Assembly (NCBI RefSeq): GCF_009914755.1
Contig: NC_060935.1
Source of the DNA: the human T2T-CHM13v2.0 reference genome, Homo sapiens
Strand: one strand, 5' to 3'
Length of the DNA stretch: 64,000 bases
The position numbers were made by a program, and so were the translations under genes. Of this stretch, positions 45,601 through 59,289 are shown piece after piece. Position 1 is the stretch's first letter. Each line of letters begins with the position of its first letter. The notes beneath the pieces were generated by a model. The model did no database searches. It saw only the letters and a list, made by a program, of their open reading frames with translations, and was not told where the DNA came from.

Positions 45601-47223
45601 AGCAGTGAACAAAACAAACTAGACTATGTAAATAATAAAAACAACCACTATGATGTGGTTTTATTATTTTTTGTTTAGGTTTATGTCTTATACCCAATAA
45701 TAAAGGATAAGCTCTCAGATAACCTTCAGAATAGTTGTATTCACACTTATTTCCCTTCTCCTTTCAGTGAATAAACTCCTTATACTTCATTTTTTAATCT
45801 TAACTAAGTTTCAGACATGTAAGATAATTTTGCACTCTTGAAAACAGAAGAGTCGCCACAGTATTAAAATTGCCTAGTAGAATCTTCTACAATTCTGCTA
45901 TTCCATTTCACCTTAATTGAAGAGTTTGCACATCAGCAACTTTTATTATCATTAATGGAATCTAATATTGAAAATACAGTTTACTTCAATAAGCATTAAT
46001 TGAGCACTTACTGTACATGAGTTCATATGCTATGTACTGTGGATATGGGATTGACTAAAGCACAGGCTATCAAATTTTGCCAGAGAAAACAGATGTGTAA
46101 GTACACACTGCATAAATACTGATAATGTAATAAGTTAAATATACGCAATTTACATACAAGTTATAGGTAAGACACAAAAATGGAGGGATGTTCTTAATAG
46201 ACTAGAATAATGGCATCTCCTTGGATTTTGATAATGAAATGGAATCCAGTGGCAAGACTTTCCAAAAGGAGAGAACTCATCCAAAAAAATCAATGTGGTA
46301 AAAACAAAGTAATATCAAAAACAGGACCTATATAAAGGAAAAATACTGATAAAAGTACAATCTCTTAAACATGTGGGAATTCATCCATATTAATCAGATC
46401 AGCATTCAAGGTATCAAATACTTTCTGTGCACTCTGATACACCAAGATTTCAACATCTGGATTTGCAGAGGCAGGATTACTGTTTATGTGGTGTTTCTGT
46501 AATGAGAAGCTATAAAATGTAGTAGTCAGATGTTAAATATCTATATGAGTGCTAAACCCATATATAATCAGCTAGGATTTTAATTAGGCCTGAGAGAACA
46601 GATTAGGTTTCAACAACATTAACAATAATAATAATATTAGGTAAAACTTACTGAGCATTTACTGGAGACTAAGCCTTGTTTCAAGCATCTTATTACATAA
46701 GTGGATTCACAAAATAGAGAAACCACAGAAAATGCAGTCTGTTTCTATTGTTATTCCCACTTTACAGACAAGAAAATGGATGCACAGAGAGAAATGAGTA
46801 ATTTGCCCAAGGTCACAAAAGAGGTAGAAAAATTAAAGTCTTATAGATAATTACAGTATAGAATGGGGAATTGGTGTTGGTAAATTCTATATCATTAAAT
46901 AGCATAGGAACTATAGGAAATGGGGTAAGACAGTCTTTGGAACTGGTGGCTTATGAGGAGATCATAAGCTCGTACAGCAAGTTTTCTGAGTGTCTATTGG
47001 AAATGAACCATTGGATGCCAAAGAGAGAGGTTTGTATGTGGAAGGTGCTGGGGCAATAGGGATGAGTATGATGGCCCGGGTACCTTTTAGAGAGTTGCTT
47101 AACCACAGGAAGAAATACTCCACAGGGAAGAATGTACATGTGTTGAAGAGTTAATATTTAAGTATCCATCCAGGACAAACAGTCAATGAGTGAAAGAAAA
47201 ATGAGCAAAAGTTTGAGCAGTCA

Positions 47224-47504
47224 ATCCTAAGTGAAATAACTCAGAAACATAAAGTTAAATACTGCATATTCTCACTTAAAAGTGGGAGCTTAATAATGTG
47301 TACACATGGACATAGAAAGTGGAATAACAGACATGGAGACTCTGAAAGGTGAGAGGATGGGAGGTGGGTGAGGGATGAGAAATTACCTAATGGCTACAAT
47401 GTACACTATTCAGGTGACGGGTACACTGAAAGCCCAAACTTCGCCACTATGAAATATATCCATGTAACAAAACTGCACTTGTATCCCCTAAATCTATTTT
47501 TTTT
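47224..47504 (+). mobile_element. L1MA/L1PB 3'-end insertion
   Basis: Same family as 41598-41807; TSD aagt(t/c)tgagcagtca at 47209-47223 and 47505-47519. Confidence 0.8.
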
Positions 47505-47529
47505 AAGTCTGAGCAGTCAGTTACTAATG

Positions 47530-47770
47530 GTACCAAAGGCTTGCACAGTGTTTATGATGTGGCCTGTACTGCACTAAGTGCTTTGCAAGTATTAACTCCT
47601 TAATCCTCACAACCCTATGAAACAGGGACCACTATTATCACCAACATTTTACAGATGTGGAAAATGAGTCACAAAGAGGTGGAGAAACTTGCTTGTGGTC
47701 TTACAACTAATAAGTGCCAGGCCTGAGATTCCAGGACAGGCGGACTTGCTCTGAAGCTCTACATTAGGCA
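47530..47770 (-). mobile_element. MIR
   Basis: taatcctcacaaccctatga...cattttacagatgtggaaaatgag. Confidence 0.7.
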
Positions 47771-48003
47771 CACTTCCTAGGAGAGGTGAAAGGTAGGAAA
47801 TGATGTGGAGATTACAATTGGAGATTGTTCATCTATTTTCTTCTTTAACTCTACAATATATTTACTAAGCATCTACTTTATGCCAAACACTATTCCAAGC
47901 AATGTGGGAAGATCAGTAAACAAAACAAACAAGGCTCTTTCTTGCTCTCAAGGCAATTACACTGATGAATAAACTCTATAGCAAACTGAGAAATAGAATT
48001 CTT

Positions 48004-48488
48004 GGACAGGACACAGTGGCTCACACCTGTAATTCCAACAGTTTGGGAGGGTGAGATGGGTGGATCACCTGAGGTTAGGAGTTCAAGACCAGCCTGGCCA
48101 ACCTGGTGAAACCCTGTCCCTACCAAAAATACAAAAATTATCCAGGTGTGCTGGTGCACACCTGTAATCCCAGCTACTCAGGAGGCTGAGGCAGGATAAT
48201 CGCTTGAACCTGGGAGGGGGAGGTGGCAGCGAGCCAAGATCGTGCCACCGCACTCCAGTCTGGGCAACTGAGTGAGATTCTGCCAAAAAAAAAAAAAAAA
48301 AAAAAAAAGCAGGAAAGAAAGAAAAAGAAAGAAAGAAAGACAGAAAGAGAGAAAGAGAGAAGGAAGGAAGGAAGGAAGGAAGGAAGGAAGGAAGGAAGGA
48401 AGGAAGAAAGGAAGGAAGGAAGGAAGGAAGGAAGGAAGGAAGGAAGGAAGGAAGGAAGGAAGGAGAAAAGAAAGAAAGAAAAATAAAG

Positions 48489-48551
<63 letters not shown>

Positions 48552-48584
48552 GAAAGGAAGGAAGAAAAGAAAAGAAAAGAAATA
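48004..48584 (+). mobile_element. AluS with poly(A) expanded into a compound purine microsatellite
   Basis: Alu body to 48284; TSD agaaatagaat(t/c)ctt at 47989-48003 and 48585-48599 encloses the repeat. Confidence 0.9.
48311..48582 (+). repeat. (GGAA)11-GAAA-(GGAA)13 and (GAAA)n compound microsatellite
   Basis: GGAA units counted at 48362-48405 and 48410-48461; (GAAA)n at about 48490-48550. Confidence 0.95.
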
Positions 48585-50218
48585 AGAAATAGAATCCTTA
48601 AGTGTGACAGGCACTTTACCTAACCTTCTATATACCATATCAAGTTTAACCCTCACAAATGTACTACCATCATCCTCATTTTACAGACAAGGAAACTAAA
48701 TCTTAAGGGCATTAAATAGATTTAAACAGATTGCAAATGTGGATGTAGTGACTCTAAACTAGATCTGCTGGACTCTAAAGCTCATATTTAAACTTACTCT
48801 AGCACTTAAAAGAGAAACAGGATCAAAGGAAGTACTTTTATGATATAGAATATCAGAATCATTTTTAGACTTAGCAGAGGGCATAAGGAGCAGGCAGGAA
48901 TCAGAGCAATGGTTTAAATGGGAATATTGAAGAGCAAAAAAAAATACTGTTTGGTGATATGGATGACATTTTAACCAAAGGGCAAGAGCATTAGAAAAGA
49001 ATATTATCTGCATGTTTTTAACTGGACTCTCTCAAATTCTTGATCATGAAGTATACTATAGAGCCAATAAAAGCCACAGTCACATGTATTTTTTTCTTCA
49101 AACAAAAATTTAAAAATGCCCATGTTCCCCCGAAGCCTTACAGCCCCATAGCCAAGGATTGAAATTGTACAGAATGGATTTTTCCCCATGAAACAACGGT
49201 ATACCTCTGGTGACTGATCATATGGAAAATAAACATTTTTATTTTTGCTGAAAGAAGTGGAGCCAAGTTTTGTCTCAGCTGAGCTATCTTTGAAGGGATC
49301 TGCCTTTCTTCCTTTCTGGTGTTGCTCTCTATCTAGCCACCTCTCCCTTTAGGAGGGATGCCTTTATATCATCTGTTATCAAGTAGGACCACGCTGTTCC
49401 AAAGGCAAGCAATGCGTCAAAAATACCTGCTGGATGCTCTGACTTGGCTCTGCATTCCAGCTGCTGCATTGCCTTTGTCCCAGGCAGAGAGAGTTCTCAG
49501 CGCCAGATTAATGGTAACATATGATTATTTAAAAATATTATCCACTCTTATGATAATGCTTGTTGGCTGTCACTCTGTGAAAGCGAAAGGTCAGTGCTAT
49601 CTGAAGAGTGCTGTCCCCCAACTCAAAAAAAGGATCTAACTGGGCATTTCAAAATAAGCTGACAAGCTCTGTGAATCTATATTCACAGATTGCTATGATG
49701 TGTTTTTTTCTTTACGAGATGGTTTAAAGTTTTTCCTGCTATCTCTTCATATCCAGTAAATGTACAGTTGTTTCTAATAAGTCAGATCTTATCTGTTACA
49801 GCACAGTAAACTACTATTGACCCGAGGAATAGAGTTTCTGAGTAACTAAAGAAAAATAAAATTATTATTTTCAAGCTTCTTAATGCTTTTAATTTTTGAA
49901 ATTCTTTTTGTATCTATGTCACGTTTAATCATCAAAGCAATCATGAAGAAAGGCAAAGAAAATGTCATTATCTTCATTTTACTATATGAAAACTGAGGCT
50001 TAGAGAAAAAATGGCAATCAACTTAATCACAACAAATTTAGAAAATTACAGAGCTAAAGTTCAAATCTAATTTTCCCTTCTTTAAAACAAAAAGTCTTTT
50101 TGTCTGTTGACACTATAGAAAAATTATAGTAAAACATGAAAACTTAGAGAGGAAAGTTTAAGAAAATTTACCAACAGTTATAGATTACACATATATTGCA
50201 CACATTTGATACATAATA

Positions 50219-50559
50219 TAGTCATGCATCTCTAATGACCATAATAAATAAGTTCTGAGAAATGGATCTTTAGGCTATTTCATTGTTGTGCAAACATAGA
50301 GTGCACTTACACAAACCTATATGGTATAGCCTATTACACACCTAGGCTATATGGTATAGCCTACTGTTCTAGGCTACGAACATGGACAGCAAGTTACTGT
50401 ACTGAATTCCACAGGCAATTGTAACACCAGGATAAGTATATCTAAGCATATCTAAGCATGGAAAAGGTACAGTAAAAATTCAATATTATAATCTTATGGA
50501 ACTACTGTCATATACACAGACCAATGTTGGCCAAAATGTCATTATATGGGCCATGACTG
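50219..50559 (+). mobile_element. Tigger3a/MER7-like element
   Basis: agtcatgc...catgactg(ta) termini; internal cacacctaggctatatggtatagccta motif. Confidence 0.8.
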
Positions 50560-51939
50560 TACTTACAAGCCTAACTCCCTGCAGACTCACACTCATATTT
50601 TAGACCTGTGGGTTAAATCTTAGATAATCCAGATCTTCAGAGTAGTGACCAGGTCACCTTGATCAGCTTGAGGTAGAGGTCTTTTTGACACACACAGCTT
50701 CATCTCTGTGCCTAGGCAACCTCGAACATAGCCTTTTCTTGGAGTCTCTTGTGAAACCATTCTTACTGGTATTTATTCCCATTTATTTCCAGAAAATTCT
50801 ATTTTCCTGTGTACAAGGATTTTGAATCAAGTCCTGAATTAATGCTTGTTGGCCTCTAATGTTTTTAAAATGACAGGATGGTCTTACGGAAGACAATTTG
50901 GTCTACAAAAAATTCAGTGGCCCTTTTCATTTCTCTAATTACTACACTCAGGGACTGAGGCATACAGTAAAGACTACTCCAAGATCCCATTCTCAATTAA
51001 GTCTTCCTGAATGGAGCACCAATTATATTTCATAATCTAGTCACTATCCATATCAATAATATTTACTGTGAAACATAAAGTTACAAATTATTTTACCAGG
51101 CCAAAACATAGCAAACTATTTCATGTGTAGTCAAAATAATGAATATTCAAACATGACATATTATTTTCATCTACTCAATTAGCAATTTTAAAAAAGAATT
51201 AATTTTTTCAAATATGCCATAAAACTGGCATTATCATTAACTGTTGGAGAGACTGTAAATCTTTACAATCAATAGAAGAAGTATTTTGGGATATGTATTT
51301 AGATTCTTTAACAAGCTCATGTAATAATTAGCTTGCAATTCCTCCCCTATAAATAATTCCACACTAATAAAACAGATAAAAAGTGCACAAGGGTTTCTTT
51401 ATCAATATAGTTATTATATGTTACGGAATAAGTAGGAAACACTGTAAATATCCTCAAAATAGAAGAATGATTAAAGTAAAATATGGTATGTTTACATCAG
51501 AAACTATTTTGCAGAATTTATATGTTTTCAAATGATATTTCATGGCATAAGAAAAAAGTTACAATAAAATAAACAGGTGAAAAAACAGCAAGATATACAT
51601 TTGTATGTGCAATGTGATGTCTATCATATTAAAGCGTAGGTAGGAGTGACAGTGTGGCTTGGGTAAAGAAATAATGAAAGGGTCTCAGTTCTGTAACTAG
51701 AGAGCATGTTGAGATGGTGAGATGATGCATAAAGTGGATTGGTTCAAAGGAGGCAGGAATTCAACTTTAGAGTTTGGTTATACAATAACCTCTAGAATTT
51801 CTCAGAAATTTTAAGGTGACCTTTAGCCTTCCAACGGTACATAAAATCAGAGACTGAGACAGTTATACCTGGATTAAAAGGGAAAGGTAAAGATATTCGG
51901 GATCCAAATATATTTATATGACTTGGTTTACTTGTTGCT

Positions 51940-52100
51940 TTTTCTTTTTCTTTTGTTTTTTATTTTGAGACAAGGTCTTTCTCTGTGTACAGTGGTAACA
52001 TCATGATTTACTGCAGCCTTGACCTCCTGGGTTCAAGTAATCCTCCTGCCTCAGCCTCCAGAGGAGCTGGGGTTACAGGCATGAGCCACCACACTCGGGC
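51940..52100 (-). mobile_element. Alu monomer (FRAM/FAM/AluJ-like)
   Basis: T-rich tail plus a single diverged Alu arm. Confidence 0.75.
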
Positions 52101-52469
52101 ACTTGTTTATTTTTCTAATAAAAGTAGGAGAAGAATACTTCTACTACCTGCTATAATCCAGTTTTCTATGTTGATGGATGGTGAAGTTTCATAATTTAGA
52201 TACAATCTAAGAAATTGCATTCACCAATATGCTCTTTCATTCAATTCATTTATGGAGTATCTACTAGGTGTTGTGCCACTCATGAAAGTTATTATGGGGA
52301 ATTCAAGTAATGAACTGCCTGTGGTTCAGGGATTTATAATCTAGTTGAAGAAAAAAAAAACTAAGCTATAAAAAAATCAGAAAGTAAAAGTATCTGCAAA
52401 GGTTCTTGTTTTGTACTGTTATGAAATCTTAATGAAAGTTTTGAAGATTTTGTAATGGAAAGAAAATTG

Positions 52470-53380
52470 AGACTTCTGCCTCAGGTAATTGCAGGCTACA
52501 TAATTTGGAACAAATCTTTTACTGAAGATATTATTCAAAGGTGAATGAAATAAAAATTACATCTTCCATAAAAGTATCAAGAAGGCAACATAACAGTAAA
52601 CAATTACTAACATCAAAATCCAGGGAATGCTAGAATCCCAAAAACAAGAGCGGAGAACTGAGGACTGTGTCAGTCCTAGGAGCATTTGCTTATTGTTAAG
52701 AGATGTCTGTGAGGTTGCTCTGTTTGGAGACTGCCTGGAGTATCCAAGGAGATAAAAGCTGGAATCTTGGTCCCAAGGAAAATGTAGAGTTCAGTAAATA
52801 TTATGCTTTTAGATGGGACCACAAAGGGCCCTGTCCCTTGGGTAAAAAGGCACCCCACCAAAAAATACAAAAAAAAAAAAAAACCTCTTTTTTTTTTTTT
52901 TTTTTGCTTCTTTGTTTATATCTTCTTAATAATGCAGAAAATTTCAAGCCTGGAACTTGGAAATATTATTTCCAGATTACCATTTTTCTCAGGCATCTTG
53001 CAGACATAAACATGATATTCTTCTTTTTCAGAGAAGGAAAACATTATCCTGTGCTTCAAATTATTATTTTTTTTCAATACATTTTCAAATTCAAGATCAA
53101 AGTATACCAGGCATGCCAGGCAACAAGTAACAAGAGGTAAAACTAGCAAGGCAAAAGTAAACAAATAACAGAAAGAGACCCAATTAGAAGATACATTTTG
53201 TAAAACTATTATGATGTTATGCTCAAGGAGTAAAAGACAAACATAAACATTTCAGAAAGTAACTGGAAATTATAACAAATGACAGTAAACCTGAAAAGAA
53301 TAAAAATGAAAAATATAATAACCAAAATAAAGAGCTCAATGGGTAGATTTAAAAGCAGATCGAATGCAGTAGAAAAAATA
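52470..53380 (+). mobile_element. Ancient L1M 5'/ORF1 fragments
   Basis: aaaataagagctcaatgggtagatttaaaagcagat...gcagtagaaaaaat; approximate. Confidence 0.5.
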
Positions 53381-53384
53381 TCTG

Positions 53385-53590
53385 CGTCTCTTCACACTGT
53401 TTTCCTTCTATGTACGTCTGTCTGTGTACCAATTTTCTTTTTATAAGAACATCATGCTTATTGGATTAGGACCCACCTGAATTCTCATTATCTCAAAAAA
53501 TTATATTTGCAACCCCCGTTTCCAAATAAGGTCATATTCTTGGGTACATCAATACATGGATTCTGTGGAGACAAAATTCAACTAATAACA
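53385..53590 (-). mobile_element. MLT1/MST LTR fragment
   Basis: cttttataagaacatc...attggattaggacccacc...tttccaaataaggtcatattct. Confidence 0.7.
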
Positions 53591-53960
53591 ATGACCCTAA
53601 CTAATTATCTATATATATCCTAAAAACCTAGAAAAACACTGTTTTTAAGTGTCTTCTATCTTAGACATTATCCTTTTATACAGCTGTCATTCAACTCTAG
53701 CCTAAATGTTTTGTAAAACTAATGCTTCAGGAAGATTATTTTTTATTCTTAAAGAACTACAGAGAGAACATTTCACTAATGTTTGACTCCTCTTTCATTT
53801 CCTTTTCATATCGCTTACCTCTCATTTTTTCCCTCTACTGCCTCATAAGTTCATTCATCTTCCTTAGTATTTTCATCCTAAAGATTCATGTGAATTTGTA
53901 CCATACCTGCCATAATTAAGTCCATTTTTGTTTATTTGTTCCTGTAATCTTCCCTGCTAA

Positions 53961-54275
<315 letters not shown>

Positions 54276-55380
54276 TCCCCAATATACTTTGGTATATGTG
54301 TCAATGAATTTCTTTCCATCTTAGTTTGCCCATACTTATAGCAAAGACTCAACTTTAAGTTATTTTCAAGATGATGAAGAAAATCTGTTTTGAAAAGTTA
54401 GATCAGCCATAGACAGAAATGTGCCAGTTACATTATAGTTTTCCACAACCCCAGAGAAAATATTTCCAAAGACAAGCCCAGAACTTAAGTCATATTGTCT
54501 TACGGCACAGTAGGAAGAGTTTGGTCCTTGGAGTCAGACACTCTTGAGTTTATGTTCCAGCTGTCTTTCACTAGCCCTTAGCAAAGGTGCTTAACATCTT
54601 TTCCCTTCTACAAAATGAAAACAATGAGAGCTACATCATAAAAATTTGTCAGCATTAAATGAAATAGCATAAGTGAATGATCTGACAAATAGTAGATATT
54701 CCATAGGTGATATTTCCTTCTTTCACACTTCTTGTTACCTGGTCACAGTTTGAGACAATTTCTAGTTTGGGTGGGGGTGGGGAACTAAGCTCAAAGTCCA
54801 TAGAAATGATAGTTCACAGAAACGACCATATCTGTTTTCACATATCCTCCTGCTCCTAGAGTCTTATAGTCCACCTCAAAAACAGACTCTGATCACAAGC
54901 CCTTGTCTGTCTTCCCAGCTGTAGTTTTTCTCAATATTGATAGATCTTTAAGTATGCAATTATCATAATTATGTAATTTACAAGGATGACATCGATGCAC
55001 ACTCTTTAATCACCCTTTATTGGATATGAATATTTGAAAATCAAAGTTAGTAGATCTATTTTATTATATTTTTCATTTAAACATGAGTTAAGTAATTGGA
55101 TATATTTGTCAGCATTATTTATGACAGGGTCAACACTGTTTTCTCCCTTCAGGAGAAGATAACCACAAATTCATCATAATATCCTGGGTGACAAACCAGG
55201 ATTGCCTGTACAACAAGCATTGGTCTCATTTTCCTTCCCAACAGAACTCTCAGTTTGCTTAGTTTCTTCTACATAGGGTATATCTGTCATAGGAATTAAG
55301 ACCCCTTCTAGCCCAGGGTATGAATCTTTGCAGAGTCAAGCCAAAAGGCTGAACTCACTCTCCTTGTTAGCAGATCTGTT

Positions 55381-55532
55381 CAGGTATAAAGGACAACCTC
55401 ATGGGCATAGTTAGAAGGGTTCCATTCTTGGCTTAGTGTTCTGCTGCTTTTATTTTGAAATTCTTAATTTTGAAAAAGGAGCTATGCACTTCCATTTTGC
55501 CTTAGGCCCTGCAAATTATGTAGCTAGTCCTG
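55381..55532. mobile_element. MER91-like (hAT-Tip100)
   Basis: cattttgccttaggccctgcaaattatgtagctagtcctg matches the recalled MER91 terminus. Confidence 0.6.
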
Positions 55533-55939
55533 TAGACATGAACATGGGACACCCTGCTGGGCAATAAGGCAAGATGGAAAGAATGCAGGGAAGCTGCAAG
55601 AAAGCTTTTGTTTGTTTGCTTGTATTATCTTTTAAGGCTATAAATAAAGGGAGCGTCTCCTTTTCTGCCTGTGCACATGGCAGTCTACAAGGGAAGTATG
55701 GAACTTGGACCCTGAGGAAACTGCCCAAGAGGATATGCCAACATCGAGGATCACACAACCATGCTGAACCCTAAAACTACCATATTGTTATTTACTGTTA
55801 TCTAAGGTTTTAGATGACAGTAATCTAAGATAGCTGTTATCTAAGATTGGAGTCATTTTTATTTAGATTACCTGCTATTTGCAGGCAAAAGTATCAATTT
55901 ATACTAAAATTTCCCATTTTCCATGCAAAATCAATTTTT

Positions 55940-56410
55940 CCCTTTCTTGTTAGTAAGTAACTCTACTTTATTTGAGTCTGTAACACACCTAGTTATGAAA
56001 TTTACCATCCTCTCTTACCGTTGTTATTTACATGTGACAAGTTCTAGCCAGTGAGAGAAGAATAAACGAGTTGAATGAGATTTCTAGGAAGGTGGTTTTA
56101 AGACAACTGATTCAGCTCAGGAAATTGTATTTTGCCTTTCCCTCTTTCTCCTTCATACTGCCTAAAATAATGATGAGAAGTCTGGGCCTCCAGCAGCCTT
56201 ACTGATACATGAAGTATTCCTAAATTTGAAAGTCAGCATTAGGGCAGTTGAACAGATAGAAAAAGCAGCCCAGGGCACAGGTGACAGCAGCTGCTGTATC
56301 AGCTTTCACCCACATGCCTCTGACTTATTTATACAAGAGAGAATAAATTCCTATTTTTATTATATTTGGTTTTCTGTTCTGTGTTGCCAGAACTAATCCT
56401 AGTTGATATA
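55940..56410 (+). mobile_element. MLT1J/K-like LTR
   Basis: catgtgacaagttctagccagtgag ... ttggttttctgtt...ctaatcctagttgatata. Confidence 0.6.
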
Positions 56411-56662
56411 CTATATACATACTCAAAATGCAGAAATTGACATTACTGTCAAAACTTACCCACATATGCATGAAGCATAAATTCAATTTACAGGATTTTT
56501 AGGAATGTTTTTATTTTAATAGTATATACATGAAAAAAGCATAATACTGCTTTCTTCATATCCTCATTAAAATGTTCCTCAATGCACACACATACACAAA
56601 TTAGACCATCTTAGCTCCCTAACCTTGGATTAAGGATAGAATTTGGCTTCTGTATAAAATGG

Positions 56663-57230
56663 GACAGATAAATGCCCATCAATGAATAAATGAAGAAAAT
56701 GCAGTGTATATATACACAATTGAATACTATTCAGGCTTAAAAAGAAAGAAATCCTGTCATTTGTGACCACATAGATGGACCTGGAGGACATTATGTTGCA
56801 TGAAATAAGCCAGCCACAGAAAGATAAATACCACATGATCTCACTGATATGTGGAATCTAAAAGAGTTGAACACACAGAAGTAGAGAGTAGAATGGTAAT
56901 TTCCACCAGCTGGGATGATGGGTTAGAGAGATGTTAGTCAAAGGATACAAAATCTCAGTTAGATAGGAGAAATAAGTTAAAGATCTATTGTACAACATGG
57001 TGAATTTGTGACAACTATAGTGACATGTTTAACAGCTATAGTGACAATTATATTTTGAAAATCTTTAAGTGAGTAGATTTACCTGCTCTCACCACAAAAA
57101 AAAAAAATGATAAATATGTGAGGTAATGCATATGTTAATTAGTTCAATTGAGCCATTCTACAACATACACGTATTTCAAATTTTATAGTGTACACAATAG
57201 ATATATACAATTTTTATTTGTCAATTAAAA
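56663..57230 (+). mobile_element. L1MA 3' end
   Basis: gaaatcctgtcatttgtgaccacatagatggacctggaggacattatg...tttatttgtcaattaaaa. Confidence 0.85.
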
Positions 57231-57238
57231 ACAAAATA

Positions 57239-57577
57239 GGCCTGGCACAGTGGCCTATACCTGTAAACCCAGCACTTAGGAACACCAAGACAAGAGGATC
57301 ACCTGAGCCCAGGAGTTTGGGACCAGCCTGGGCAAGACGGCAAAACCCTGTTTCTACAAAAAATTAAAAAATTATCCAGGCACACTGGTGGGCACCCGTA
57401 GTCCTAGATACTCAGGAGGCTGATGAGAGAGGACCTCTTGAGCCCAGAAGATTCAAGCTGCAGTGAGCCATGATCACACCACTGTACTCACTCCAGCCTG
57501 TACGACAAAGAGACCTTAACCCTAACAAATAAAATAAAATAAAATAAAATAAAATAAAATAAAATAAAATAAAATAA
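57239..57577 (+). mobile_element. AluJ with (TAAAA)n tail
   Basis: Diverged dimeric Alu placed in the A-tail of the preceding L1MA. Confidence 0.85.
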
Positions 57578-58837
57578 TATTAAGTATGCCCATCTAAATA
57601 CCAAATGGGATGTAATCTCTACTAGCAATTGTAGTGAATTTGTTTTGGTAAAAATAAATGGACAAAACTTTTAAAAAATGGGTCAGAGTAAGAAGGAATA
57701 TGATTCAGAAAGCTGGTTTGCTACAGAGGCAGCCAAAGCTCTTTGGATTTCAGTCCTCATCTAGCACTGTGTGAAAGACTATACTCCTCATTTTCACACA
57801 CAGATTTTTCTTCTTGAGTGATCTTTATGGTGCTTTCACAGTAAATTGAAAGGTTCTAAGTGAGCATGCACAAAATGGGGCACATGTTTGAAGAAAGGAA
57901 AACAGATTGACATCCATTCCACTGCATAATAGATGAAAAAGCACTTCGAAACTGGTCCAATGGTTAACTTATCAATCCAACCACTATCTTAAAAAAACAG
58001 ATCTAACAGCTAACTTTTTTAAAGCTTAATGGGACACCCACTAACATCCATCCTTTAATAAAATATGGAATAGAATGTCATGACAGTTCTATATAATAAA
58101 TTACTCCAGCAAATTATGGATTGGTCTACGTTACATATAAATCAGCCCCATGTAACCTGTCTGACCTCATCCCTTACTAGTTCCTACATCTCCCTTCTTT
58201 CTCATCTGGAGGGGAGCATTCCTCTGTATTCTTGTAGCTTTTAGTGCTGATACCAGAGCACTTATGACTCAATTAAGAATTGTTGATTTACAAGATTTTC
58301 TTGACAATTACTGTCTACAGGGGTAAGGAGTGTGCTTTTTTTCCACATTTATCTGGCTAAAGTGTAGCACAGTATCTGGTAGAAAATAGGGAATGTTTGC
58401 TGATGGAAAAACAATTTAAAGAATAGAGTAACACAATCCAATGCATCATTATAGTTTCATTAGATTGTTGCATTACAGTTGGTTGTGTATTACCTCCATT
58501 CAACCGTAAATCTGTCAACACAGTGCTTTACACATTTTAGGAGGCTGATAGTGTAAAATCTTGAGATAATACTCAAGAAATACTATAAATAAAGACAAGA
58601 TATGATTGGCAATTTGGCTCTTCTGCCCAGCTCCCATATTTTAACAGTGGTAGGCTAATGTTTTAATCTTCAGATGTATGCATGAGGACATGGATTGGAG
58701 GGAAAGGCTGGGCAGAGAAGTGGGTCTCTATATTCCCAACTTTTCCTTGCCTTAAGATTTCTAGGTCAGGATGGAGAAACAGGTGCCACCCACCTGTAAG
58801 ATTCCTGGATTTTGCTGCCTGCATTCTGCAAATATCA

Positions 58838-59289
<452 letters not shown>

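Noticed and set aside
48174-48656. 160/106/87-aa low-complexity ORFs
   Set aside because: Translations of the GGAA/GAAA microsatellite and Alu.
52703-53140. 145-aa ORF
   Set aside because: Spans the A/T homopolymers in decayed L1M; no coding signature.
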